This document shows positions 17,004 to 26,578 of a DNA stretch of 64,000 nucleotides, one piece after another. The DNA comes from a virus. Position 1 is the first letter of the stretch. Every line of letters begins with the position of its first letter. The position numbers and the translations under genes are program-made. The stretch spans positions 1-64,000 of the IMG/VR virus record IMGVR_UViG_3300023118_000001; one strand, 5' to 3'. The notes beneath the pieces were generated by a model. It was not told where the DNA came from. It saw nothing but the letters and a program-made list of their open reading frames with translations, and made no database searches.

Positions 17004-18053
17004 ATGCCACAAGTAAAGAGCTTTAACGACTCGTCCTCGGTGGCATTGGCTTACGCCATCAGCCCTCTGGACCGCAAGTCTGACTTCGTTGGCGCCTCGC
17101 GCGTACCGATGAAGTTCATCCCCTTCACCACTGAAGGGTTCGCGATGCAGAAGGAATCCAAGTCCTCGACTGCGATTTCCGGCACTCGCCGTACCCAAGG
17201 TTCGAAGAACACCAAGGGCAGCGCCAACGGCTCGGTGACTGTCGAGTTCGGTGCGACCGACTGGGTGCAGGACCTGCTGCAGCTGATCCTCCTGAACACC
17301 TGGAAGAACGTCGACAACACCAACCCGGCGCTGGGCAAGTTCATCACCGATGGCGAGCTGAAGCAGTACATGGTGGTCGAGAAGACCGTCCGCCAGGGTG
17401 CGCTGTCGACTGACCGCCTGGACCACGAATGGTACTTCGGCACCATGATGAACGACGCCACCCTGAACTTCGGTGACGGCGAGCTGATTACGCTGGCGTG
17501 CAACACCATGTCGGCCAACGCTGACTACGGTAATGCGGTAGCCGGCGGCGACGGCCTGGGTGGTTCGGTGGCTATCTCCAAGACGGCGCCAGCCAACTAC
17601 GAGATCGCTGATAGCTCGAACAACCTGGGCAACATCGAGATCCGCGACGAAGACGACGAGCTGATGGAAGTCACCTGGTCCGACGCCTCGATGCAGATCC
17701 AGAACAACGTGCGCGAGCAGTCCGGCCTGGGTCACCAGTTCGCTGCGGGTATCGGTATCGGTAAAGTGGCAGTCACCTTCTCGGGTGAAATCTACTACTT
17801 CGACCAGACCATCCTGAAAACCCACATGGACAACAAGCGCGTCAGCCTGAAGACCACCATCTCCACCGCTGAAGGCACGTTCACCATCATCTGCCCGAAC
17901 CTGACCGCGCAGGCGCCGACCAACAACGCTGAAGGCGAAAACGCTGACTACAAGTCGGCCATGACCCTGACCGCTGAAGCCGGCACCGTCACCATCGGCA
18001 CCAACGTCGGTGTTCCTTGTGTGATTGCGATCACTTTCGTTCCAACCCCGTAA
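17004..18053 (+). CDS. major tail tube protein
   Basis: 349 aa, high-expression codons, upstream of chaperones and tape measure. Confidence 0.85.
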   Translation: MPQVKSFNDSSSVALAYAISPLDRKSDFVGASRVPMKFIPFTTEGFAMQKESKSSTAISGTRRTQGSKNTKGSANGSVTVEFGATDWVQDLLQLILLNTWKNVDNTNPALGKFITDGELKQYMVVEKTVRQGALSTDRLDHEWYFGTMMNDATLNFGDGELITLACNTMSANADYGNAVAGGDGLGGSVAISKTAPANYEIADSSNNLGNIEIRDEDDELMEVTWSDASMQIQNNVREQSGLGHQFAAGIGIGKVAVTFSGEIYYFDQTILKTHMDNKRVSLKTTISTAEGTFTIICPNLTAQAPTNNAEGENADYKSAMTLTAEAGTVTIGTNVGVPCVIAITFVPTP

Positions 18054-18064
18054 GCCTTGGGGTG

Positions 18065-18093
18065 GTGACTTGCGGCGTGGCTCTTGCTAGAGT
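18065..18093 (+). promoter_or_regulatory. candidate extended -10 promoter
   Basis: GTGACT-N17 with TGc-TAGAGT. Confidence 0.45.
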
Positions 18094-18134
18094 AACGCCG
18101 CTAGTTACCGAACTTACCCCAAGGACGACCCAAA

Positions 18135-18575
18135 ATGCTGATCCTCTCTTCCATCGCAATCGACCCAAAACTTTCCTCCGGCGGTGTATGGGCTCCATAC
18201 ATGGGCGGTGAATTCCTGCTCGCTCGTAAAGGCCCTGCCTACAACGCGCGTGTGGGCGAGCTGTACACGCAGAACAAAGACGCCATTGACGCCAAAGACG
18301 ACAACGGCTTGATGACCACTGAAGCGGTCCTCAAGATGCAGGAAATCCACGTCATCGCCTTCTGCGAGCACGTCCTGCTCGACTGGAAAAACGTCGGCGA
18401 GAAAGAAACCGGCGAGATCAAGTACACGCCCGAGATCGGCATCAAGCTGCTGATGAATCCGATCTACGCTGAGCTGGCTGCCCACCTCGAAAATTACAGC
18501 GCCAACCACTACTACTACCGCGCCGCAGCCAACCTCGAAGTGGCCAAAGTGGTAAAGAGTTCTGCCGTTTCCTGA
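18135..18575 (+). CDS. tail assembly chaperone (gpG-like)
   Basis: Between tube and tape measure; slippery GGTAAAG near the 3' end. Confidence 0.85.
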   Translation: MLILSSIAIDPKLSSGGVWAPYMGGEFLLARKGPAYNARVGELYTQNKDAIDAKDDNGLMTTEAVLKMQEIHVIAFCEHVLLDWKNVGEKETGEIKYTPEIGIKLLMNPIYAELAAHLENYSANHYYYRAAANLEVAKVVKSSAVS

Positions 18576-18934
18576 TCAAGTACGGCGGCAAGGGGATCGC
18601 TGCATTCAAGGCGCTGGAAAAGAAGTTCGGGAAGAAGCATCCCAAGCTCGCTGAATACGTCGAACCCCTTCCCATACACCGATGGCTGGCCGACTCGTTC
18701 TTCCGCCTGCACCGCAGGCGGCAGTTCGGCCAGCACGGGTATCAGCCGCTGCCCTACCAGGAAATGGCTGACTTCGCAGAACGGATTCTCAAGCTGCACC
18801 CGGAGCAAGCTGACCTCTTCTACTTGACAATGGAGGAAACTGACAACGCCATCCTGTATGATCAGCACATCCAGTCGAAGGCAGAAGCTGAATCCCTGGA
18901 ACAGACGAAACCCAAGCCACGCAAAAGGAAATAG
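18551..18934 (+). CDS. gpT-like -1 frameshift extension of the tail chaperone
   Basis: Open -1 frame of 127 codons from GGTAAAG (18551) to TAG 18932-18934, ending 2 nt before the tape measure ATG. Confidence 0.8.
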   Translation, partial: GKEFCRFLIKYGGKGIAAFKALEKKFGKKHPKLAEYVEPLPIHRWLADSFFRLHRRRQFGQHGYQPLPYQEMADFAERILKLHPEQADLFYLTMEETDNAILYDQHIQSKAEAESLEQTKPKPRKRK

Positions 18935-18936
18935 CA

Positions 18937-21900
18937 ATGGCTCAGTTTGAAGTGGACTTCTCCGAATCGCTGAGCCAGTTGGCACAATTCCAGCTCCGTT
19001 TGACAGGCGCTGCCAGCGCCCTGGACGAACTGGAAAAAAGAGGGGGTAAGGCCACTTCAGCCTCGAAAAAACTGCTGGTCGACATGACCAAGCAGTACAA
19101 CGACCTCGAAGAAGCACTGGTCAAGGCCGGTGCCGACGCCGAGACCCTCGGCAACAAGATGAAGTTTGTTCGAGACAACGCCGTCAGGCTGATGTCCGGC
19201 ATGGCCGACGCCAACCTCAAAGCCACCGTGCAGGCTCAGGCGTACAACGGGGAACTGGCAGAGCTTGGGCGGCTGCTTAACGACACCAACTCGAAGAACA
19301 CCTACAGTGCCTGGCAGGCCAAGACCCTTCAGCTGACCAGCAAGCTGACAGCTGAGAACGGCTATCTGCGCGCAGCGATCGCTGCCACCGACACTGAGGT
19401 GGCCAAGTCCAACCTCAACCTGAAAACCAGCCTGGGCCACAAGCAGAACATGGCCACGGCGGACCAGCGCCTGCGACACACCGGGGACAACCTGGTGCTC
19501 ACGCTGGCGCAGATGTCCACCGAGCAGGGCAAGTCCAACGTGATGACGCAGGCGTACATCGCCAGCCGAAAGAGCCAGATCACGGAGGAGTTCCGCCTCG
19601 ACTCTCAGCTGCGCCAGCTGCAGAAGACGCTGGCAGGGCTCACCGGTGGGCAGCAGGAAGAGATCACCAAAATCCAGCAGCTGATTGCCGCCCGTAAATC
19701 GGAGATTACCGAGAGCGCGCGGGAAGACGCACAGCTGGTCAAGTTGCGCGCGACGTTGGTTAGCCTGGCAGGCGGCCGGCAGGAAGAAATCGCCAAGGTC
19801 AACGCGCAGATCTCGGCGCGCAAAAAGGCGATTGCCGAGTCCATCAGCGAGGTCAAGGTCGTCGACGAAATGACGGCGGCGATCAAGCGGGAGGAGGCTG
19901 CACTGGTACGGCTGCAGGCCCAGGCTCAGCTGGCTTCTACTTCGCACGGCCAGCGCGTAACTCAGCTGAAGACTCAAATCGCGGAACAGGATCGCCACAA
20001 CAAGCTCCTGGGTATGTCCACCAGCAGCCTGCTGGGGTTCGGTAACGCGCAGGCCAAAGTCAACCTGTCCCAAGAGTTGGGCAGTCAGTCGGCGGCCATG
20101 CTGCGCGCAGGACTGACCGGCTTGCACGCCAGCGTTGGCATGTACACCAGCGCCACGGTGCTGGCTGCCACGGCAACCTACGGGGTGTCTGCAGCGTTCC
20201 GTGACACCATCGTCACCGGCGCTGAGTTCTACGCCACGATGGCCCGCACCAAAGCCGTGATGTCCACAGGCGGCGACGGGGACACCTGGCTGACCAACGC
20301 TGCGCAGAGTTCCAAAGCGCTGGAGATGCAGGTCCGAGCCCTCGGCCAGACCACCGTGTTCACCGCGTCCGAAGTAGGCGACGGCCTGCAGCAACTGGGT
20401 ATGGCGGGTCTGTCTGCCAACGAGGCGCTGGTCGCCCTGAAGCCTTCCCTGCAGCTGGCCAACCTCGCCAACGTGTCCATGGCGCGGGCAGCTGACATCT
20501 CGACCAACGTCCTGATGACCTTCGGCATGGAGGCCAAGCAGCTGCAGAGCGTCGTGGACTTGATGGCCACCGCGGTCAACAACTCCAACGCCGACATCGA
20601 GCAGCTGGCCAACTCGCTGAGCTACGCGGGTCCGGCGGCCAAGACCGCCGGCTTCTCGATCCAGCAGACCACCGCCGCGATTGAGACCATGGCCAACTCG
20701 GGGATCAAGGGCTCGCGCTCTGGCTCCGCGCTGCGCCGCATGTTCACCAGCCTGCTGAACCCTACCAAGAAGGGTTCGGAGGTGATCCAGAAGTATGGCC
20801 TGGACATCCTCGATGCCGAGGGCAACACCCGGTCGCTGAGCAACATCATCAACCAAATGAGCAAGGCGTTTAAAGACCTTCCAGGGCCTGAGCGCCTGGC
20901 GGCGATCACCAACCTGGTGGGCGTGTATGCGTCCTCGGCGGTGACCGGCCTGATCGACAACACCAGCAAGTACAACGAGTTCGATAAGCAGAACCAGAAC
21001 GTGGCCGGCGCCGGCGATCGCATGGAGAAGATCATCTCCGACAACCTCAAGTTCGACTGGAAGGAGATGCTGTCCAGCCTTGAGGAAGTCCAGCTGCAGG
21101 CGTTCAGCCAGATGGACATGCGCCTGCGCGAGAGCGTGGCAGGGGTGTCCAAGTACATCCTGGAGATGATGGAGCCGTACAAGGAAGGGACGGACATCAC
21201 AGGCCTTGACCGCCTGATGGTGCAAGCCCAAACCACGGCTGAAGCCTTTGCCCGTGTGGTGGCCGGTATCGTCGCCTACAAGTTCGCCTCGGGCAACGTG
21301 TTCGCCGCCTTCTCCTCAGATGCCAAGGGCGCGTCGGAGCGGCTGACCCTGGTATCCAGCCGCCTGCAATCAACGTCGGCCAGCTACCAAATCATGGGCA
21401 TGGCCACCAGCGTGGCTCGAACCAACACCGAGATGTTGAACGCAACGCTGGGCCGCTCCGTGGGTGTCCTCGGGACCATGACTGCGGCAACGGCAAGTGC
21501 CGCAGCGGGCGCAGCGAAGCTGGCTGCAGGCCTGGGTATGGTTATGCGGGCGCTGGGCTGGGTAGGCCTGGTGTACGGCATCGGGTCGGCCATTTGGGAA
21601 GTGTTCAGCACCAAGACCGACGACGAGGTGATGAAGCACCGCGCAGAGGTTGATCAGGTCAAGAGCAGCTACGACAAGCTCAAGCAGTCCATTGAAGAGA
21701 CCGGCCTGGCGCGCCAGCGCGCTGCCCTCAAAGAGCAGATCAAGTCCGACCAGCTAGGCTCGGTGAACCTGGCTGATAAGATCAAAAGCACCTCGCAGAC
21801 CATCACCAACGGCCGCTCGGTTGGGGTCGCTGAGAAGGATCTGCAACCGCTGATTGACCGGCTGGCAGGGCTGCAAGCTTTGGTCAGCACTTACGACAAG

Positions 21901-24126
21901 AAGGTGATCGATTCCGAGGAATCGCTGGGCAAGCTCGGCGCCACAACCAACGACTATTCCAACGAGGCTGACTGGCAAGCCAAGCGGATCGAGAAGTTGG
22001 TGGGCCTGACCAACGACCTGACCATTGCCCAAGGCAAACTGGCAGCCAGCCAGAGCCGTAGCGGTCTCGGGTTCAATAACCTGAACCTGGAGAAAACCGT
22101 TGGCCGACTGACCCAGGAAAAGGCCCTGGCAGAACGCCAAGTGCAGCTCGGCACCGGGCAGTTGCTCAAGGTGCAGGGGAACGTCCGACCGTTCTCTGAA
22201 ACCATCAAGGCTCTGGAGGCTGATCAGCAGGCCAAGGTAAACAAGAAGACCTACGAGGCCACAACCTCCAACGCCCAGCAGCTCCTTGATATCGAGAACA
22301 AGATCACGGAGGCCAGGGTTCAGCAGGCTGCTCTGATCACCAAGGACGACAACGCGCGCTTGGCTGGCAGCACGGATGACCGTCCAGGCCTGCAGTTGGC
22401 CGAAGCATCGGTCGAGCACATTGCGGACCTGGAAAACAAGCGCCTGGTCTTGCAGAAGAAAATGACCGAAGAGCAGCAGGCTCTTACGGAAGCTCGCGAT
22501 GCCGCTGCCGCCGTGGAACGCAGCGATACCGAGAATATGCTGGCGTACCAAAAAGAGGCTGCATCGCTCGCTGAGCGTATCAGGGCGGCTGAAAACCCTG
22601 GTGAAGGCAAGGCGATGGACGTCAAGACCGTCACCGACCTGTACAAAGACCAGGCCCGAGTGCTGGGGCAGATCAAGTCGCTGGAGACCAAGGGCTCTAA
22701 GGCAGACAAGAAGGCTGCCAAAGCTGATGACCGTCAGGCGTCCGAGGACCTGCGCACCTACACTGCGCTGGCAAAGAAATTCGACGAGGTCACCTACTCG
22801 GAACTGGAACTGGCCAAAGGCAAGGAGGCCATGCACCGCCTGCGCCAGGGCGAAGTCATCGACGGCAAGATGGTCACCATCACCGCCGAGCAGGAAGCCA
22901 AGGCCATCGGTGAGCTGAACCTGGCGCACTACAACGCGGTGAAGGCACTGGACCTGAACCGTGTTGCGCTGGAAAAAGTGAAGGCCACCTACAACACCAG
23001 CCCGTTCCTGCAGGCTGCCCAGGATCTGGCGGTGCTGAACCGCAGCCTTGAGGCCGGCACCCTCAGCCTGGAAGAGTACAAGCGCATCACCGACGAGATG
23101 CAGCGCTCGCAGAAGGAGGGGATCAAATCCTCGCTCCCACAGGCAAACCTGCAGGTTGGGGAGGCATCGTCCTCGCCGTTCACCGACTGGGTGTCGACGG
23201 AGATCGAGCGCGCCAACGGCTTGAAGGATTACCAGAAAGCCCAGGACGCGCACACCTACGACACAGCCTCGGCAAACGCCGGCCTGGACGACGGGTTCAA
23301 CCGTCAGCTGGAAGAGCTGAACGCGCGCAACCTGCTTCAGCAAGGCGCTGAAGAGGAACACAACCGCAAGCTGCTGGAGATCAACAAGAAGTACGCAGCC
23401 GATAAAGAGGCGCTGATCAAAACCTCTGGTGATGCCCAGGCGGTGATCACGGCTGAGCAGGCCAAATACGCTGAGGCTATGGGGACCATGGCCCTGATGG
23501 CTGCCATGGGCTCCGTGTCCAACGTGCTGGGGATGTTTGCCAGTGCAGCGGACGGCGCCTCCAACGCGCAGAAGCTGGCGTTCGTGGCACAGAAAGCGAT
23601 CTCCGTTGCACAGATCATCATGTACACCGAGGTGGCTGCGGCTCAGGCGATGATGATGTCAGGTAACCCTATGGTGTTGGGCCTGCCGATGGCGACGTTC
23701 ATCCGCGCCACGGGCTACGCCAACGCCGCGCTTGTAGGTGCCATGGCGATCGGTCAGCTGGCTGGTAGTGGTGGCGGATCTTCTGGCGGCAGTGGTGGCG
23801 GCACGCAAATGTACGACACCGGCGGCTACATCCCGTATAACCGGACAGGTATCGTCGGCGAGTACGGTCCAGAGCTGGTATCTGGCCCGGCCCACGTCAC
23901 CAGTCGTGGTAACAGCGCGTCGAAGCTGGGCGGTGGCGACGGTGCCATGCAGGTTACCCTGGCACCGGTGATCCAGATCACGGTGGAAGGCGGCGGTGGC
24001 GGCTCGGAAGCTGACCAGAACAAACAGGCCAAACAGATCGCAGAGGCCTCGCGCGCGTCGGTGATGTCGGTACTGACCGAGCAGATGCGCCCTAACGGCG
24101 TCGTCTACAAATTCGTCAAGGGATAG
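18937..24126 (+). CDS. tape measure protein
   Basis: 1729 aa, Ala-rich; TP901-type core (TTVFTASEV..LGMAG..NSNADIEQL..GIKGSRSGSALR); C-terminal GIVGEYGPELV. Confidence 0.95.
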   Translation: MAQFEVDFSESLSQLAQFQLRLTGAASALDELEKRGGKATSASKKLLVDMTKQYNDLEEALVKAGADAETLGNKMKFVRDNAVRLMSGMADANLKATVQAQAYNGELAELGRLLNDTNSKNTYSAWQAKTLQLTSKLTAENGYLRAAIAATDTEVAKSNLNLKTSLGHKQNMATADQRLRHTGDNLVLTLAQMSTEQGKSNVMTQAYIASRKSQITEEFRLDSQLRQLQKTLAGLTGGQQEEITKIQQLIAARKSEITESAREDAQLVKLRATLVSLAGGRQEEIAKVNAQISARKKAIAESISEVKVVDEMTAAIKREEAALVRLQAQAQLASTSHGQRVTQLKTQIAEQDRHNKLLGMSTSSLLGFGNAQAKVNLSQELGSQSAAMLRAGLTGLHASVGMYTSATVLAATATYGVSAAFRDTIVTGAEFYATMARTKAVMSTGGDGDTWLTNAAQSSKALEMQVRALGQTTVFTASEVGDGLQQLGMAGLSANEALVALKPSLQLANLANVSMARAADISTNVLMTFGMEAKQLQSVVDLMATAVNNSNADIEQLANSLSYAGPAAKTAGFSIQQTTAAIETMANSGIKGSRSGSALRRMFTSLLNPTKKGSEVIQKYGLDILDAEGNTRSLSNIINQMSKAFKDLPGPERLAAITNLVGVYASSAVTGLIDNTSKYNEFDKQNQNVAGAGDRMEKIISDNLKFDWKEMLSSLEEVQLQAFSQMDMRLRESVAGVSKYILEMMEPYKEGTDITGLDRLMVQAQTTAEAFARVVAGIVAYKFASGNVFAAFSSDAKGASERLTLVSSRLQSTSASYQIMGMATSVARTNTEMLNATLGRSVGVLGTMTAATASAAAGAAKLAAGLGMVMRALGWVGLVYGIGSAIWEVFSTKTDDEVMKHRAEVDQVKSSYDKLKQSIEETGLARQRAALKEQIKSDQLGSVNLADKIKSTSQTITNGRSVGVAEKDLQPLIDRLAGLQALVSTYDKKVIDSEESLGKLGATTNDYSNEADWQAKRIEKLVGLTNDLTIAQGKLAASQSRSGLGFNNLNLEKTVGRLTQEKALAERQVQLGTGQLLKVQGNVRPFSETIKALEADQQAKVNKKTYEATTSNAQQLLDIENKITEARVQQAALITKDDNARLAGSTDDRPGLQLAEASVEHIADLENKRLVLQKKMTEEQQALTEARDAAAAVERSDTENMLAYQKEAASLAERIRAAENPGEGKAMDVKTVTDLYKDQARVLGQIKSLETKGSKADKKAAKADDRQASEDLRTYTALAKKFDEVTYSELELAKGKEAMHRLRQGEVIDGKMVTITAEQEAKAIGELNLAHYNAVKALDLNRVALEKVKATYNTSPFLQAAQDLAVLNRSLEAGTLSLEEYKRITDEMQRSQKEGIKSSLPQANLQVGEASSSPFTDWVSTEIERANGLKDYQKAQDAHTYDTASANAGLDDGFNRQLEELNARNLLQQGAEEEHNRKLLEINKKYAADKEALIKTSGDAQAVITAEQAKYAEAMGTMALMAAMGSVSNVLGMFASAADGASNAQKLAFVAQKAISVAQIIMYTEVAAAQAMMMSGNPMVLGLPMATFIRATGYANAALVGAMAIGQLAGSGGGSSGGSGGGTQMYDTGGYIPYNRTGIVGEYGPELVSGPAHVTSRGNSASKLGGGDGAMQVTLAPVIQITVEGGGGGSEADQNKQAKQIAEASRASVMSVLTEQMRPNGVVYKFVKG

Positions 24127-24134
24127 GTGAGTAA

Positions 24135-24482
24135 ATGGATGTTTTCCCAGCGATCGACAACCCTGACTACGGCCTAGAGGATACGCCTGAGGCGGATATC
24201 GACGAGGTCAAGATGGGCGACGGCTATGTGTTCCGGCGCCCCAAAGGGTTGAACTACCTGAAATACACCTGGCCGCTGAAGTGGAACACGCTTGAGGTGG
24301 CAGACGCCCGCGAGGTCTATGCCTGGCTGAAGGCGCGACTGAAGCTGGTCCCGTTCCACTGGACCCACCCCATCACCGGGGTGGTGTACCAGGTGACCTG
24401 CCAGGAAGTGAAGCTGACCTACAACGAGTTCAACGACGAGATCCTCACAGCCACGTTCGAGCAGGACTTCAACCCGGCGTAA
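24135..24482 (+). CDS. distal tail protein (lambda gpM-like)
   Basis: MGDGY..R..GLN, PFHWTHP, ATFEQDF. Confidence 0.88.
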   Translation: MDVFPAIDNPDYGLEDTPEADIDEVKMGDGYVFRRPKGLNYLKYTWPLKWNTLEVADAREVYAWLKARLKLVPFHWTHPITGVVYQVTCQEVKLTYNEFNDEILTATFEQDFNPA

Positions 24483-24549
24483 CAGCAGTACCGGCCGGGC
24501 AGGGGCGCTGTTACTATGGCGCCAGATAAGCAAAGTAGACAGGGATGCC

Positions 24550-25251
24550 ATGACTCTTATCGCAACGGACATTCAGGGTCTGGTTCAGGACACGATTGTG
24601 ACCATGTTCCAGATCGACGCCAGCAAGGTGGGGGAGGGGCTACTGTGCTTTTCGCCCACCTCCAACAATGGCGTCCCGGTCAAGTTCGGCGGCATCACCT
24701 ACCCTGCCCTACCGATCACGGCCGACGGCTTCAAGTGGGTGGGCGACGGCACCCTGCCGCGCCCAACCCTGACGCTGGCTGCCAAGGACCTGATGTTCCT
24801 GTCGATGGTGGTCAACTCCGGCGACCTGGTGGGCTGCCCTGTCACCCGCATCCGCACCTACGCCAAGTACCTGGACGATGGTGCCTCGCCAAACCCGCAG
24901 GCGCTGTACCTCCCTGAAAACTTCGTGATCGAGCGCAAGTCTTCGCAGAAGCGCACGCTGCTGCAGTTCGAGCTGTCCGTGGCCATGGACCAGCAAGGCC
25001 TGATGATCCCGGCCAGGCAGGTGCTCCGGGACAGCTGCACTCACCGCTTCCGCTACTGGGCCAACAACCGCTGGAACTACACCGGCGTGACCTGCCCCTA
25101 CACCGGAAACGCGATGTTCGAGCCCAACGGCAACCCCACCACTGACCCGACCAAGGCCAAGTGCGGCAAGCGGTTGAGCGACTGCAAGAAACACTTCGGG
25201 GCGTACTCCACCCTCCCTTTCTATGGCTACCCTGGCGTCGGACGGATCTGA
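24550..25251 (+). CDS. tail tip protein (lambda gpL-like)
   Basis: RIRTYAKYLD; C-terminal Cys cluster (C..C..CGKRLSDC); FYGYPG. Confidence 0.92.
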   Translation: MTLIATDIQGLVQDTIVTMFQIDASKVGEGLLCFSPTSNNGVPVKFGGITYPALPITADGFKWVGDGTLPRPTLTLAAKDLMFLSMVVNSGDLVGCPVTRIRTYAKYLDDGASPNPQALYLPENFVIERKSSQKRTLLQFELSVAMDQQGLMIPARQVLRDSCTHRFRYWANNRWNYTGVTCPYTGNAMFEPNGNPTTDPTKAKCGKRLSDCKKHFGAYSTLPFYGYPGVGRI

Positions 25252-25985
25252 TGTTTATCCAATATCTCGAGCAAATTCAGGAAGGCGCCATCGCAGCCTA
25301 CCCAAACGAAGCGGTCTGGTTCATCACCGAGGCCGGCTGCACGGAAGTGGAGAACATCCACGAGCACCCGGACAAATACTTCGCGGTGAAGGATAGCGAC
25401 CACCGCCGCGCTATGGCCGAAGGGCTGCTGGCAGTTGTCCACAGCCACCCGGACAACATCGCCGCGCCGTCCTCGCTGGACATGCAGGGGCAGATCAGCA
25501 CCAACGTGCCGTGGGGCATCATCGCCACTGACGGCACCGTGGCCCACGACCTGATCTGGTGGGGCAAAGGCGCGCCGAAGCACCCGCTGCTCGGCCGCCC
25601 GTTCCGGCATGGCGTGACGGATTGCTACTCTCTGATCAAGGATTACTACGAGATGGAACTGGGCATCGACCTGCCCGAGTTCCCGCGCGACTGGGAGTGG
25701 TGGAAGGAAGGCCAGCAGAACCTGTTCGAGCAAGGGTTCGAGAAGGCCGGGTTCGAGCGCATCGACGCCAGTGAAGCCAAGCCTGGCGATGTCTGGCTGG
25801 CGCGGCTCGGCGGTGAGATGGACGTGGCCAACCACGGCGGCGTGCTGCTACAGGACGAACTGATGATCCACCAGATCGGCGCCAAAGATCCGGTCGACTT
25901 CAGCCGGCTGTCCGCGCGCGAGCCGATCTACCGTTACATGCCCCACATCACACATTGGCTTCGGTACACAGGGAGTGTGAAATGA
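25251..25985 (+). CDS. tail tip assembly protein (gpK-like, JAB + NlpC/P60)
   Basis: YPNEA, HSHPD..PS..D, GVTDCYSL, NHGGV. Confidence 0.93.
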   Translation: MFIQYLEQIQEGAIAAYPNEAVWFITEAGCTEVENIHEHPDKYFAVKDSDHRRAMAEGLLAVVHSHPDNIAAPSSLDMQGQISTNVPWGIIATDGTVAHDLIWWGKGAPKHPLLGRPFRHGVTDCYSLIKDYYEMELGIDLPEFPRDWEWWKEGQQNLFEQGFEKAGFERIDASEAKPGDVWLARLGGEMDVANHGGVLLQDELMIHQIGAKDPVDFSRLSAREPIYRYMPHITHWLRYTGSVK

Positions 25986-26578
25986 AAACACTGATGCTCT
26001 ATGGCAGCCTGAAAGAAAAATTCCCTGGCGAGTTCAAGATGGACGTCGCCACACCAGGTGAAGCGATCCGCGCGATGTGCATTCAGTTGCCAGGCTTCGA
26101 GGCTGAGATCAAGGCCGGCAACTGGCGCGTCGTGCGCGGCTCCCTGGAAGGCAACGACGAGGTCAGCGAGGAAGGCCTGCAGATGACGCTGGGTAACCAG
26201 AACGAGCTGCACCTGATCCCGGTCATCGAGGGCGCCAACAGTGGCGCGGGCATGATCATCGTCGGCATCGTGATGATCGTGGCTGCCTTCTTCACCGGTG
26301 GTACGTCGATCGCAGCGTGGGGCGCCATGTCGACCATGCTGGCCGGCGCCGGCCTGGGCATGGTGGTCGGCGGTATCATCGCCAGTACCACCAAGATCCC
26401 CGGCGCAGGAGCGAGCGCCAGCGGCAACGAGAGAGAGGCTGACAAAGCCTCGTTCCTGTTCGACGGCCCAACCAACCAATCGACCCAGGGCGTGGCTGTG
26501 CCGCGTGGCTACGGGCGCATGATGATCGGCAGCATCGTGATCAGCGCCGGTCTCTACGCGGAGCCGATGGCCGTATGA
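25982..26578 (+). CDS. tail tip protein (gpI-like, ubiquitin-like fold)
   Basis: LYGSL, EAIRA, PVIEGA, hydrophobic segment, QGVAVPRGYG..IGS..ISAG. Confidence 0.92.
   Translation: MKTLMLYGSLKEKFPGEFKMDVATPGEAIRAMCIQLPGFEAEIKAGNWRVVRGSLEGNDEVSEEGLQMTLGNQNELHLIPVIEGANSGAGMIIVGIVMIVAAFFTGGTSIAAWGAMSTMLAGAGLGMVVGGIIASTTKIPGAGASASGNEREADKASFLFDGPTNQSTQGVAVPRGYGRMMIGSIVISAGLYAEPMAV

Noticed and set aside
19480-19850. ~43-aa repeats in the tape measure N-terminus (LAGLTGGQQEEITKI / LVSLAGGRQEEIAKV)
   Set aside because: Degenerate helical repeats are normal for tape measure proteins
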